Origin: Candidatus Obscuribacteraceae bacterium
GTDB lineage: Bacteria; Cyanobacteriota; Vampirovibrionia; Obscuribacterales; Obscuribacteraceae
NCBI GenBank assembly: GCA_044226015.1
Contig: JBGAHS010000010.1
Location: forward strand, 160,001 to 224,000
DNA: 64,000 nt
Reading direction: 5' to 3'
The notes beneath the pieces are model-generated. The model searched no databases. It was not told the DNA's origin and worked only from the letters and a program-made list of their open reading frames with translations. Each line of letters begins with the position of its first letter. Within the stretch, counting starts at the first letter, position 1. A program made the position numbers and the translations under genes. This document shows, one piece after another, positions 19,001 through 29,119 of this stretch.

Positions 19001-22000
19001 TGCCACCATTGGAGCCACCAGCCGTTAAGGTGAAGGTGGCTGGCAGCACCGCCGGCAGATTTGAACCTACTGCGATGTTACCCGTAGTGAGGCTTCCGAC
19101 AGTTGAAATTGTCAGAGCACTCTTCGGGTTGAGGGCTCCGTTGAGAGTGACAGTACCGCCCTTGATGCTGACGATTGTGCCGCCAGATACGGTGCCCGTG
19201 TTCACCGCGCCACCAACATTGATGGTCAGGTTTTTCACGCCCATCGTGATTGTTTGACCTGTGCTGGTGAAAGAGGCGGATGTCTGATTAGCGGACACGA
19301 ATGATAGGTTCAATTTGCTTGAGTCAATATTGCTTCCTACCGTCATCGTACCGGTATTGTTGCCATCCCCAATTTGTAGTGTTCCTGCGGTGATGGCGGC
19401 TATGTTTGCAGGGCTTACGTTGAAAGCCGCTGCGCCACCCAGAGATATTGCCTGGTTGAAAGTAGATGGAGATAAAGTGACTGTGCTTGAGCCAGCAGCC
19501 ACTTTTCCATTTAGTTGCAGCTGACCTCCAGAAGAAGGTACTTCCAGGGTAATCGGTGAGTTGCTAGAACTTATGGTTGTGCCTAGATTCTGAGAGAAAT
19601 TCGGTAACGAGTTTATCGTCACGCCCTTGCTGCCTGAAATGTTAGCTCCTACACTCGTATTTTCGGTGAGCACTGACGATGAGTTTGTCAGGACGATTGA
19701 ACCGCCCGTCGAACTCAGCGCACCATTTATAGTGACTTTGTTTGAACTCGACGACCAGTTTATGCCACCAGTTGATGCAACGGTTGACCCTGAATTCACC
19801 GTAATACCATTAGTAGCGGTAAGCGAAAATAGTCCAGCTGTATTGGTTACCGCAGCCTTCACTAGAGAGTTGGTGCCAAACTGCACCGCGGCTGCGCTGA
19901 CGTTTATGCCCGTGCCGGCCGTTTTCAGAGCTCCGCTTCCAAGAATGAAGTCGCCATCATTGGTGATTGCAGAGAACCCTTTAGAAGCAGTTATTGTGGA
20001 TGTTATGTTGATGGGTGCTTGTTTTACACTGTTATTGATATTTATAGTTCCAGCACTAGCTGTGATGGCGCCATTAATGATGGTGCTTCCCTGAACGTTG
20101 AAGGTCAAACTGCCGGACGTAGTTATCGCTCCCTTTCCTGCAAGTGCAGCTCCAGTTGTTGGGTCAATGTTTATTCCGAATGTCGAACCCTGGTTGCTGC
20201 TTACATTGAACGCTAATGGTTGTGTGCTTCCTGTAAGAATCAACGGGCTGTTAATTACAACATTGTTTGATGTGCTTGAGTCGCTGATATTTACATTAAT
20301 AGGATTGACCGATTGGAAATTGGTGAGGGTTACGCTTAGTGGCAATGCTGGATTCGGTATGTTCAATGCGGACAAACGCGAACTCAGGTTAATCGGGTAG
20401 AGAATCATCGTTCCTCCCGTCACTGCAAAAACGTTGTTGTTTTTGGTGAAGGTCAATGCCCCGCCGATGACCCCGCTGGTTTGCTGAGCCGTGATTGTTT
20501 GAATCGTACTTGAATCAGTCAAATCGAGGCTCGAAATAGGAGTGCTGTTTGAAGCCCCTAGCTGCGTGCCACCACCGAGGGTGATTGAGTTCTTGTTACC
20601 GCCAGTAACACCACCGCTCTGGAATGCAACTTGTAATGGCGTTGTACCGAGCGCAAAAATCGTGTTCTGAGGTCCTTGAGCTGTTATGCCTGCCGTTCCA
20701 AACGCGATGAAGTTTGCAGGCTTTGTGGTTGGAGAAATAACTGTGAATACGTTGGCAGGATTCGAACCTTGAACAGCTGGTACCGGTGATTTCTGGAACC
20801 AGGTTGGCAGTCCAATTGAAACGGACAGTCCATATTGTCCGCCATTGTGCGCAAATATTTGGGAATTCGAGCCAATGCTGATTAGTCCTGAGGTATTGTC
20901 ATTCTCAAGTATTATTCTTCCGGAATAGGTGTTTATGGTCGTTGAGGAATTGACAACCAGGTTTCCGCTCAGGGTTGAGCCCACCCAGGCTGTGATTGCA
21001 CAATTGGTGCAGTTCGGGTTAGGAGATGAACCAGAGTACTTTCCACTCGCTAACAAATTTCCAGTGATGGTGAGATTGCCAGCGCCGGTGCTGCCGACGC
21101 CGTTAGTCTTCAGGAAGATGTTTCCTGCCGTTATGTTACTTGGGGTAGAGAAGGTGTTGGCTGTCATTGTGACAATACCATCACCTGCACCAGTTGTGGT
21201 GACAGCATCAGCCCCTGGCAATCCGAAGGCGTCTTTCTCGCCTTGGACGGCTGGTACGTACGAGGTATTTGCTGATGCGCCTCCAGACCCACCATTTGCA
21301 AAAGTACCGCCGATAGCAGACGGTAGAAGTGTCGTTGTTCCGCTGGAAAGCAATCCACTGTCTGTGTAGTAGTGTCCACCGAAGCCGCCGACATTTCCAC
21401 TGCCGCTAGTTGCTGTTGAAAAATAGGGTAACCCATTTGTCGGCGAGGTTAGTGATTCATTTGGCGCCCCACCGAAGACACCGGCAGCATATACTCCAGA
21501 AGCTTGGCTCTTGTTTCCGAGTATTGGAAGGTAGGCTCCACCTCCCCATCCGCCGAAACCTGACTGTTGCTGAGGGATAGCGGCTGTCGATGCGATGTTC
21601 TGGGTGTCGCCACCGCCGCCACCGTATGTACCACCACCGCCAGCGCCTCCGAGTCCTGAGAAGTTCGCGGAAGTTGGCTCAAGTACACCGGCGCCTCCGC
21701 CGCCACCACCAGCGCCGTAGCTGCCACCGCCGCCACCGCCTGACCCACCATATATGCCTGATTTAGAGTTGGTCATGCCGGTTCCACCATTGCCACCTCG
21801 CCCGCCTGCGACGGCGAAGATATCACCGGCTACTTGAATGGTTGTTCCGAGTTGATTACCTCCTGTGACTGTGATGTCACCAGCGGAGCCTCCGGAGCCT
21901 CCAGTGCCTCCGGCACCATGTTCGGTGATACCAGAACCGCCGACACCTCCGCCGCCTCCTCCGCCGCCTCCTCCGGAGGAATTGATACCTCCGTTGACGA

Positions 22001-25000
22001 GAACATAACCATTTGATTGAATCGCCACTACTCCACCTGCGCCGCCATTGCCTCCGTTGCCTCCAACAAGGAGCCCACCTGCAAACGGTGCTCCAGTGCC
22101 ACCACCACCTCCTCCTCCAAAAGACTGAACTCCTCCGTTTACGCTTACTCCCAGGTTGCCATTAACATAGACAGCTCCACCGGCACCACCTGCGTAACCG
22201 TTGAGACCTGTACTGCCTGGCGCAGGCTGATAGGGGGGCGCGATGTTCGTGGTGACCGGAGTAGAACCCGAAAGTCCTATAGATACTAGCTCTTGCGTGC
22301 TCACAAAACCGCCCGCTACGATTGATATACCGGATTGAGTGAGCCCGATCTCCGACACCTTGTTATTGACTGCGCTTCCCGCGCCAGAGGCGGATACTTT
22401 CTGGGTCGAAATTGATCCGTTTGGGAGATTCCCTGTGAAAAATTTAGTGGAGTAATCACCAGTGTTTATGCCAATAGACACTGGTGCTACTACGCTTCCG
22501 GCCGGAGTAGCTGTCGCAATGTTAACGCTGCCGACTCCTCCGTAGACATTCCCTGTCGAGATGGTTACGTCCGCAGTTGGTCCGCCGGATGCCTCACCAA
22601 CGATAGCGATCCCAAAAGACCCCCGAGCCGAGGTATCTGTGCCTGAAGGGCTGTATGCTCCTATTGTTGAGCTAGACGGAATTGTAATTGTTCCGCCGAT
22701 GAGACCTGCAACTGTATTCGAATACGCAACAACCGCGATGTCTCCGCCAAATCGACTTCTGTCCGTCTGCGTGTTGAAAGAGTTGTTATCCGTTATAAGT
22801 GGTAGGGATATGTCTCCGCCAATTCCTGAACGGCCGAGAACAGACACGCTGTTGCTAGCCATGGTGGCAGTAGCGCCAGCCAACAGGAAGATACTGCCTC
22901 CGCCACCAGGAATGGGGCTCGTCCCTGAGCGTTCTGTAGCCGTGAGGCTGGCCTTCACACCTGTGGTGCTTATACTTCCAGCGGCTGCTAAGAAGATGTT
23001 ACCGTAAGGCGTGTCTATAGCATTTGTAAAGGTAATTGAGCCCTGGTTTTGTGAAAATGGTGTCGAAATTAGCACCATGTTTCCAGTTGAGTTATTACCA
23101 GGTGATACTCCAGTGTATATTATTTTCGTCGTGCTTATATTGTCCAGGTACAAGTTACCGTTGGCTTGTATAGCAAAACTTCCCGCTGCGGAATCGTGGA
23201 AGCTGACTCCATCGCCTCTGCCCTGAATATTGAGTGGACGTCCAGGGTTGTTAGTGAAGTCGCCTACGGCACCGTTTGAATTGATTTGAAGATTATTTGT
23301 GAAAATCGGCAGCAAGGTGCTGGAGTTATAGGCGATCGTGCCTCCGGGTCCGGTTCCTGGAGTCGCGCCACCGACAGAGTCAAGGTATACTTGCGAGGCC
23401 GAAATTGTTCCCTGTAAGCTTATGTTCTGAGGGATGGTGGCGCTGAATTTTGCTGGGGTTACAATTGTTCCCAAATTCAAGGCTGAAGCCTGAAGTGATG
23501 TGCTAGTTATACTTATGTTGCCGGGTGAGACAGCCGTCATGGCGTTTTGGAATCTATTAGAGTTTCCGCCTATCGTGACGCTAGTTCCAAAAAATGCCAG
23601 TGTTACTGTCGAAATACTTGAAGCTGACGCTGAATTGTTCCAGGTAAGTCCGCTAGGACTGAGTGAGACAATTGGAACTATCAATCGAGAGTCACCAGTA
23701 ATTGCCAGGTCCGTTGCCGGATTGTTTATGCTGGTGAATCCGCCTGCACTATAAAATACTGGTTTGATATTGCTTGGACCTTGCGTCTCTTGGATGCTAG
23801 ATGGCGCCCCGCTCGAGAATGCTAAAGTGGTTGTAGGCAAACCGGGCAAAGCACCTGGAGCTGTCGAGTAAAATGCGGGAAGATTGCTTGAATTCAGAGA
23901 CACGCTAATGTTGCTGGTAGAGGCGCTGTTGAAGGTTGCTGCTCCTTTTCCAGTTGCTGCATTGTTGATTCCAATAGAAGTAAGAACACTTCCTGTGTAA
24001 CTAAGGCTGGTGATGAATGTGCCTGCAGGTACTCCAGCGCCTGAGACAGTCATTCCCAACGCGAGTTGCGTTGGAGCGCTGGATATGGCGATGGTTTTGT
24101 CACCAATATTCGCGATGCTGCCGTCGAATTTCGAAGCTACTGTGTTGTTGAAAAATCCGAATAGATTGCCTTGATTCGAACCTGACCCGGTACTAGCATC
24201 CACGGCCGCTACAATTGTAGTACCAGAAGCCGCACCGGCAGATAGGAATGCGTAACCAGCTCTACCTAGAGAAAGAGCAGCTTTCATGGAAATGTTTGTG
24301 ACGCTGATGCCGCCTGGGGTCGATATCATGACTGACCCGGCATCACCAGAAGCTACGGACGAGTTTTGGTCCGTGTTGATCAAGGTTCCACTGATGGCGC
24401 CAGAGGTACCTATCGATACAATTTCTACGTCTCCTCCAGCGCCTGTGTTGTTTATGCCATTGTTGGTGCTTCCGCCTTTAGTGGAGATGGTGCCGAAACT
24501 GACGTTGCCTGTACCTAATGTGGTGTCTCCCGCGAAGAGGATGACGGTGCCTCCGTTAGCGCCCGATCCTGAAGTTGCTGAAGTGCTGTCACCCGTGGTG
24601 ATGTCGACAACGTTAATGTCTGCGGGTGTGAGTATAGCCACGTTGCCACCTACTCCTGTGACAGGCTTCGCGCCGACCCCAGGGTCTGTGATGGTGAATC
24701 CTTGCGTTGAGATGTTTCCAGTGACTCTTATACTGGTATTGCTCGTAGCCTTGTCTAAGCCGGAAGTCAAATAGACAGCTCCACCTGAACCACCGAGAGT
24801 AGAGTTTGCATGTGTATCAATGCTGGCTAAGTCGATTGCAAATGTACTATTGTTTGAACCAGCATTGACTGTTACAGAGCCACCGTTTGTTGCGAGATTT
24901 CCAGCCTTGACACCACCACTAACGTAGGACGTACCGGTAGCATTTCCAGAAAGTACGTTGCCTGAGAGGTCGTTTATGACCAGTGGCTGTCCTGCAGTTG

Positions 25001-28000
25001 CCCCGGGGGAGGCGGTCGAGAGTATTATGGTGCCTGTGCCATTAACTGTTCCATTAGTGTCGATGTTCTGAATATTTATCGTAGGTCCGGAACTGTTTGG
25101 ACCCTCTGCCACAACGATGACATTACCGCTGCCGCCAATGTACGTTGTTATTTTAGTAGAGGAATTAAATATTCCATTGAAGTAAGAACCTGTCGAGATG
25201 TCACCTGTTAGAGTGACTTTGCCGGTACCAGCTGCGGTGCCATACGCCAACATTGTAACTGCGCCGCCAGAACCAGTAACGTTTGAGAAAAGACCAGAAA
25301 AGGTTGTGTCAATAACCGTTGAGCTTCCGCTGGTTAGTGTTATGTTGCCACCAAAACCTGATGAACCATTGATTGAAATAGTGGGTGCTGTACCGATTTT
25401 TCCGGTCGTTGCTGATGCGCCAGCCACCAGAATAACGTTACCGCCGTTTCCGTTTTGGTTTGTGATTGAACCACTGGAATCTATCTCAAGTCCGGTAAAC
25501 GTCGATGAAATATTTCCGCTGGCAATCATTTCGACTGCACCACCGAAGATGCCGGTAGTGCTGACATTCTTAAAGGTGATATTGCCTTTCTGAGAGCTAC
25601 TACCTGCCAGTAGTGTGACGGAGCCGCCGCCGGCACCGGAGCCAGAAGTTCCAGTTGTAACTGTGCTAGCTGACAAATTCAAATTAGTTCCCGCAATGAT
25701 GCGCACCTCTCCACCGGTCGCTGCAGAGCTGTAGCCCGTGGTCGTGATATTGCCACCGATTACGATGTCTTCGTTTACATTCGCGCCAAGAATGCCTGAG
25801 GTGATAATCACATTACCGCCAGAACTCGATGCAGCGGTGACCCCACCCGGTCCAAGTGTTGAGGACCCTGTGGAGATAGACCCGGTGCTGATAGCCGTCG
25901 CGGCTGATATGTTGCGTCCCGCAGTGATCGTTACGTTACCGCCGGTAGAGCCGGTAGCGACGATGTTCGCACCGGTGGTGGAGATGTTGCCGACACTGAC
26001 TGCTCCGGTGATGTTTGCTCCGCTATTTGGGTCTCCTGATTGCAGGGCACCGCTGGCGGTGAAAGCCAGATTGCTGCCAACCTGACCAGTCTTTATCGTG
26101 ATGTCACCGCCGCCGGCTTGGGTTCCGTTGGTAGTGTCCATGTTTTGAAGAACTATGGTCACAGGGTTGGTAGCATTTGTAATTTCACCAGCAGAGACGA
26201 ACACGTTACCGCTCTTCCCGACTGAGGCGGGAAGCTGACCCCCTTCTGCCTCGATTGAGCCGGCGATGCTTATTCGGCCTGCTGTGTTGCTAACTCCGCC
26301 AGCAGCCAGAGTAATGTTGCCTGCATTGCCTGCAATGTTGTTCGCTCCAACTGAACTTCTGATTGCAGTTGCCTGACCGCTGAACAGAAGATCGCCGCCG
26401 CTTGAAGATACCGTGGTGGTGCTGAGTGTACCATCGCTATTCAGTGTCGATTTGACACCTGCCAGGACAATGATGTTGCCTGCTGAACCGGTGGTTTCAC
26501 CACCCGAATTGATATTGTATTGACTAGCGCCAAGTGAGGCGGCGTTCGAGGTGATCGAACCAGATGCCACCACTTCAACCAGACCGCCAGATGTGCCCGT
26601 AGCTGAAATTCCTGTAAATGTAATGGCTTTCGAGCCAGTGCCTCCGGCGTTTAGAATGACGTTACCTGCAGCGCCTGTTGGACTGACAGAATGGTCGCTG
26701 CTGTCGATAGCTTGCAAAGACAAGGTTCCTGGACTTGCTACCGTGACATTACCACCGTGAATTAAGCTGGTAGTTGTTATGTTTCCTGTGACGGTGATGT
26801 TTGATCCTGTTGTGTTCGTGGCTGTCAGAGACACGTTGCCCGCGGCTTTTGTCGTGCTCGAAGTGTCGATAGCACCTGTCACGGTAATTGCAGCTCCAGC
26901 GTTGGCGTTGCCGCCTGCAGCGATCGTGACATTGCCTCCGCTCGTAGTGAGCGCCCCTGTCGTTACAGCTCCATTAACAGGAGTTCCACCTATAAAGGAT
27001 CCTGACTTTACAGTTCCGAGTGTAGTGTCGATGGTGATAGCTTTTGCAGCGGTATTTGGGGTGCTTGTGTATACACCGATTGAGCCCGTTCCTGACGCAC
27101 CACCAGCGGTGTTAATGTTGCCCAACTGCACAGTTATCGGTGTTCCAACTGTACTTTGTGCGCCTGCTACTACGAGTACATCACCATTCTTGCCTGTGCC
27201 GTTGCCGGCGGTTTTGATTGTCGTAGTCGAGCCTAACAAGACATGACCTCCAACGGTCGCATCGTTAGGGTTAGCAAAAGCAAACAGAGTTACATTGCCA
27301 CCAGCTGAATTGAGTTTGCTGGAACTGCTATCGATTATGGTGCCCTTCAGGTTGCTGAGCAAAATGTCGCCGCCAGTCTTTGATGGACCCAGAATGCTCG
27401 GAGACTTGTAGTTGACACCGGCGCCGAGCATCACCGTGCCCCCAGCTTTCGCATTTGAGGAGGTGTTGATCGTGAATGTATCGGTGTTAGACGTGATGTT
27501 GCCGCCAGCTAGAATGACGTATTCAGTTCCAGACAGAGCTGCGGTTTGTGAGATGTCGATATTTCCAGTGTTCGAAATGAGAGGGTCGCCTGAAACATCC
27601 CAAACACCCAGGCTGAGGTTCTCAGTCTCGGACCAGAAATGCGCTTCGCAACCGCTGACGTTAACGGTACCTGTCACATCGCCTACGTTGACCTCAATGT
27701 TTGAGCCTTTGAGGTTCAATGCTTGTGAAAGGTAATTTCCATCCTTCATGTTCAAGTTGTTGCTCAGGCTCGAACCTACATTAATGGAGCCCATTAGCGC
27801 TGAAAGTGTGCCACCAAGTCCATCTACTGAAGTAGCCGTTGATGCTGTTGCACTTGCGATGTTGATATTGCCTGTCGATGCCGTGATGTTTCCGCTGTTG
27901 ATGTAATTTCCAATGGCGGAATTCAAATTGACATTGTTATTTGCGAGCAAGTTGCCCGAGTTATTAATGGTTCCACCTGCGTTCAAAGTCAGGTTGCCAC

Positions 28001-28679
28001 CAGATGTGATGCTGCCTGCATTGTTGATGTTCTGCACCGCATGCAGTGTCAGATTCTGACCTGCCTGCAGCGAGGCAATCACACCTCCAGCCAGGTTATT
28101 AATGTTATTGGCGTTAACATCGAGTTGTTGTCCGTTACCCGAGAAGTAAAGTGCACCAGCATTGGTCAGATTACCAGTGATATTGAGAACATTGTCTGTG
28201 AGCAAGCTGGTGACCTTCACATTGTGTGGAATCACCATGTTGCTCAACGTATTGTTGGTGCCTGCACTGATGGTTGCAGAACCGCCGACGGCGCTTCCAA
28301 GTCCGCTGATGAGCAGGTTCTGTTGTCCCGAGGTCAAAACTTGATTTACTGCGAGCACTTGTGCCGGCGTCAGTAGGCTGTTTGCATTGACTAGCTGCAT
28401 CAGCCCGCCAGTCTTGATTGCGGTAGGATGGAAACCGGCAATTCCTCCGGCTAGGACGCTCTTGGTGGTTGCCCCCAGGTTCAGGTTGGAAGGCAGTGCG
28501 CCCGTCATTGCTGATTTTTGCGATACAGGCACTGTGACCGCTGTAGCGGGCAACATGCCTGAGTCAGGCCGCAGAGTCTGTTCTGCCATGGCCTGCGGTG
28601 AGGCAACGAGTTGTAATAAACATAGAAAACTCGGCCAGGTGACCATTTCCCGGGAAGTTTTGGTACGCAAGAATTGCAT
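16050..28679 (-). CDS. Giant secreted beta-helix/filamentous-haemagglutinin-like exoprotein A (4209 aa) with Gly-rich insert and conserved FecR-like C-terminal domain
   Basis: Uninterrupted 12.6-kb ORF; signal peptide ending PQAMA; G/S/T/N-rich GGnVtlxAG repeats; N- and C-terminal domains homologous to the genes at 36359 and 45078. Confidence 0.85.
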   Translation of the reverse strand: MQFLRTKTSREMVTWPSFLCLLQLVASPQAMAEQTLRPDSGMLPATAVTVPVSQKSAMTGALPSNLNLGATTKSVLAGGIAGFHPTAIKTGGLMQLVNANSLLTPAQVLAVNQVLTSGQQNLLISGLGSAVGGSATISAGTNNTLSNMVIPHNVKVTSLLTDNVLNITGNLTNAGALYFSGNGQQLDVNANNINNLAGGVIASLQAGQNLTLHAVQNINNAGSITSGGNLTLNAGGTINNSGNLLANNNVNLNSAIGNYINSGNITASTGNINIASATASTATSVDGLGGTLSALMGSINVGSSLSNNLNMKDGNYLSQALNLKGSNIEVNVGDVTGTVNVSGCEAHFWSETENLSLGVWDVSGDPLISNTGNIDISQTAALSGTEYVILAGGNITSNTDTFTINTSSNAKAGGTVMLGAGVNYKSPSILGPSKTGGDILLSNLKGTIIDSSSSKLNSAGGNVTLFAFANPNDATVGGHVLLGSTTTIKTAGNGTGKNGDVLVVAGAQSTVGTPITVQLGNINTAGGASGTGSIGVYTSTPNTAAKAITIDTTLGTVKSGSFIGGTPVNGAVTTGALTTSGGNVTIAAGGNANAGAAITVTGAIDTSSTTKAAGNVSLTATNTTGSNITVTGNITTTSLIHGGNVTVASPGTLSLQAIDSSDHSVSPTGAAGNVILNAGGTGSKAITFTGISATGTSGGLVEVVASGSITSNAASLGASQYNINSGGETTGSAGNIIVLAGVKSTLNSDGTLSTTTVSSSGGDLLFSGQATAIRSSVGANNIAGNAGNITLAAGGVSNTAGRISIAGSIEAEGGQLPASVGKSGNVFVSAGEITNATNPVTIVLQNMDTTNGTQAGGGDITIKTGQVGSNLAFTASGALQSGDPNSGANITGAVSVGNISTTGANIVATGSTGGNVTITAGRNISAATAISTGSISTGSSTLGPGGVTAASSSGGNVIITSGILGANVNEDIVIGGNITTTGYSSAATGGEVRIIAGTNLNLSASTVTTGTSGSGAGGGSVTLLAGSSSQKGNITFKNVSTTGIFGGAVEMIASGNISSTFTGLEIDSSGSITNQNGNGGNVILVAGASATTGKIGTAPTISINGSSGFGGNITLTSGSSTVIDTTFSGLFSNVTGSGGAVTMLAYGTAAGTGKVTLTGDISTGSYFNGIFNSSTKITTYIGGSGNVIVVAEGPNSSGPTINIQNIDTNGTVNGTGTIILSTASPGATAGQPLVINDLSGNVLSGNATGTSYVSGGVKAGNLATNGGSVTVNAGSNNSTFAIDLASIDTHANSTLGGSGGAVYLTSGLDKATSNTSIRVTGNISTQGFTITDPGVGAKPVTGVGGNVAILTPADINVVDITTGDSTSATSGSGANGGTVILFAGDTTLGTGNVSFGTISTKGGSTNNGINNTGAGGDVEIVSIGTSGAISGTLINTDQNSSVASGDAGSVMISTPGGISVTNISMKAALSLGRAGYAFLSAGAASGTTIVAAVDASTGSGSNQGNLFGFFNNTVASKFDGSIANIGDKTIAISSAPTQLALGMTVSGAGVPAGTFITSLSYTGSVLTSIGINNAATGKGAATFNSASTSNISVSLNSSNLPAFYSTAPGALPGLPTTTLAFSSGAPSSIQETQGPSNIKPVFYSAGGFTSINNPATDLAITGDSRLIVPIVSLSPSGLTWNNSASASSISTVTLAFFGTSVTIGGNSNRFQNAMTAVSPGNISITSTSLQASALNLGTIVTPAKFSATIPQNISLQGTISASQVYLDSVGGATPGTGPGGTIAYNSSTLLPIFTNNLQINSNGAVGDFTNNPGRPLNIQGRGDGVSFHDSAAGSFAIQANGNLYLDNISTTKIIYTGVSPGNNSTGNMVLISTPFSQNQGSITFTNAIDTPYGNIFLAAAGSISTTGVKASLTATERSGTSPIPGGGGSIFLLAGATATMASNSVSVLGRSGIGGDISLPLITDNNSFNTQTDRSRFGGDIAVVAYSNTVAGLIGGTITIPSSSTIGAYSPSGTDTSARGSFGIAIVGEASGGPTADVTISTGNVYGGVGSVNIATATPAGSVVAPVSIGINTGDYSTKFFTGNLPNGSISTQKVSASGAGSAVNNKVSEIGLTQSGISIVAGGFVSTQELVSIGLSGSTPVTTNIAPPYQPAPGSTGLNGYAGGAGGAVYVNGNLGVSVNGGVQSFGGGGGGGTGAPFAGGLLVGGNGGNGGAGGVVAIQSNGYVLVNGGINSSGGGGGGGGGGVGGSGITEHGAGGTGGSGGSAGDITVTGGNQLGTTIQVAGDIFAVAGGRGGNGGTGMTNSKSGIYGGSGGGGGGSYGAGGGGGGAGVLEPTSANFSGLGGAGGGGTYGGGGGDTQNIASTAAIPQQQSGFGGWGGGAYLPILGNKSQASGVYAAGVFGGAPNESLTSPTNGLPYFSTATSGSGNVGGFGGHYYTDSGLLSSGTTTLLPSAIGGTFANGGSGGASANTSYVPAVQGEKDAFGLPGADAVTTTGAGDGIVTMTANTFSTPSNITAGNIFLKTNGVGSTGAGNLTITGNLLASGKYSGSSPNPNCTNCAITAWVGSTLSGNLVVNSSTTINTYSGRIILENDNTSGLISIGSNSQIFAHNGGQYGLSVSIGLPTWFQKSPVPAVQGSNPANVFTVISPTTKPANFIAFGTAGITAQGPQNTIFALGTTPLQVAFQSGGVTGGNKNSITLGGGTQLGASNSTPISSLDLTDSSTIQTITAQQTSGVIGGALTFTKNNNVFAVTGGTMILYPINLSSRLSALNIPNPALPLSVTLTNFQSVNPINVNISDSSTSNNVVINSPLILTGSTQPLAFNVSSNQGSTFGINIDPTTGAALAGKGAITTSGSLTFNVQGSTIINGAITASAGTININNSVKQAPINITSTITASKGFSAITNDGDFILGSGALKTAGTGINVSAAAVQFGTNSLVKAAVTNTAGLFSLTATNGITVNSGSTVASTGGINWSSSSNKVTINGALSSTGGSIVLTNSSSVLTENTSVGANISGSKGVTINSLPNFSQNLGTTISSSNSPITLEVPSSGGQLQLNGKVAAGSSTVTLSPSTFNQAISLGGAAAFNVSPANIAAITAGTLQIGDGNNTGTMTVGSNIDSSKLNLSFVSANQTSASFTSTGQTITMGVKNLTINVGGAVNTGTVSGGTIVSIKGGTVTLNGALNPKSALTISTVGSLTTGNIAVGSNLPAVLPATFTLTAGGSNGGITGLSGLTFGPTVTALTLGAGAGGFGVPATVNTSAKTVSLSFPGTLTLNATASFSLGNSTVTDLVVNNNAKSGVVTTTGNISGTNLTINMTDPGKGSIVIGSAINESGNAALNASGTGTITSVLNKGVVTANKVTLVSGTGAIGATKSPIVVAASNLSANTTNAVYLQNNSVGTLLASKGTIFSLVSKAQDSTAAITLGGDINATTSINLAATDATSGSVHLGAFKLITTTNGIVTLTASGKGDVTQTSGDIKAAKSLTINAGTQGVSLATATNAPLLTINSSGPVAVSDSSAALTLGNSSGGASFVVTQTATAASKMTVGSISARSITLTANSGSANNILLNGVVAGVAGASDITFNVSGSLTGSGTKIIGNGLLTINGGATSTVGTSSAPVGTAVSSYNVSTSLFNATNLGSVGGSITTNAGALTLKTTGVSNIGSSSAPLATTVNGGTITLSTLTNALVNVSNTGAAVTLGVSTAGLSFGFQTTGTLTALGVSTKAPSTSLTGAGNITLVNAAGAMNINGNVQASGGNIILQNKDTASGTINIAASKQVTTIIKGATNTSQGSVTIGIANVLAAKSGQVTSLPGFVITTKNGGGIFAGANAGNIQPATPGKTANLQAIGADVIFDTTTAGRTITIGAGATVKADPIPLDAPTRVGGSLLSPTNAVTVSPANAAPAAAPSTNNSVNNGNAMNGFTSWVNNVATQTAATANKMAEAVKSAVSQYLPSTSATRDEFSFIPENFILFDGTNVRTNSSAELMVDPASDTVEISSEFKPAGLHTLLAPQMPTGMKNGSVRDFGKLGVDGRMNAGKLNLQRGSVLMVPKQDTTVETAFGSIKVNAGAVVLVVAKPEGVSIYNFHDNHSGSVATTIGKQEIKLAPGHHLTVSGQMGTFDQVNPIACIGHRTLTSSLVGSSAVHTSEFSIMSALGGMKTWAAMKQSKDRNDVHIVHTVLKNAAIIMQVRKSSGSYREYRRTNPENIAMN

Positions 28680-29119
28680 CGCTTTTCACCTAATGACTGC
28701 GAGGAGACAACAAATGGCTAAAAGTTTAACATAATTTATACTGAAGGCTTTGCAGCACCCAAGAATTTATCTTAGGCTGCTGAAGCGCTTCTCTAATGAC
28801 AACGCTAACCTGGCACATTTTGTATTGCAGCTTACAATGCGCTTCTAGTTTGTATTCCAGGTAACAATGCATCAGGGGAAACACCTCTAAAACTAAGCCA
28901 GACAGTGCTTTCGGCGGCTGTGGTGAAATCTGCAGTGAATCCACAACAAGCCGTTCCTTATAATATGTTTTCCCATCATCTAATGGAGAATCACACTTTT
29001 TTCCGAAGATGATTTTGACCAATTTGTGGAACAAAAAATCACGAGACCAATCCTCCTTTTTCATTGATTGATCAAGGTTTCGCTTGTTATTTCGAGCAAC
29101 TCATACCCCGAGAGAAAAA

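Noticed and set aside
29015..29025. Half-site TTGACCAATTT matching the TetR palindrome arm
   Set aside because: No second arm at the expected spacing; could be chance or just a -35 element.
28726..29064. 112-aa minus-strand ORF upstream of giant gene A
   Set aside because: No motif and atypical composition; it lies in a divergent promoter region.
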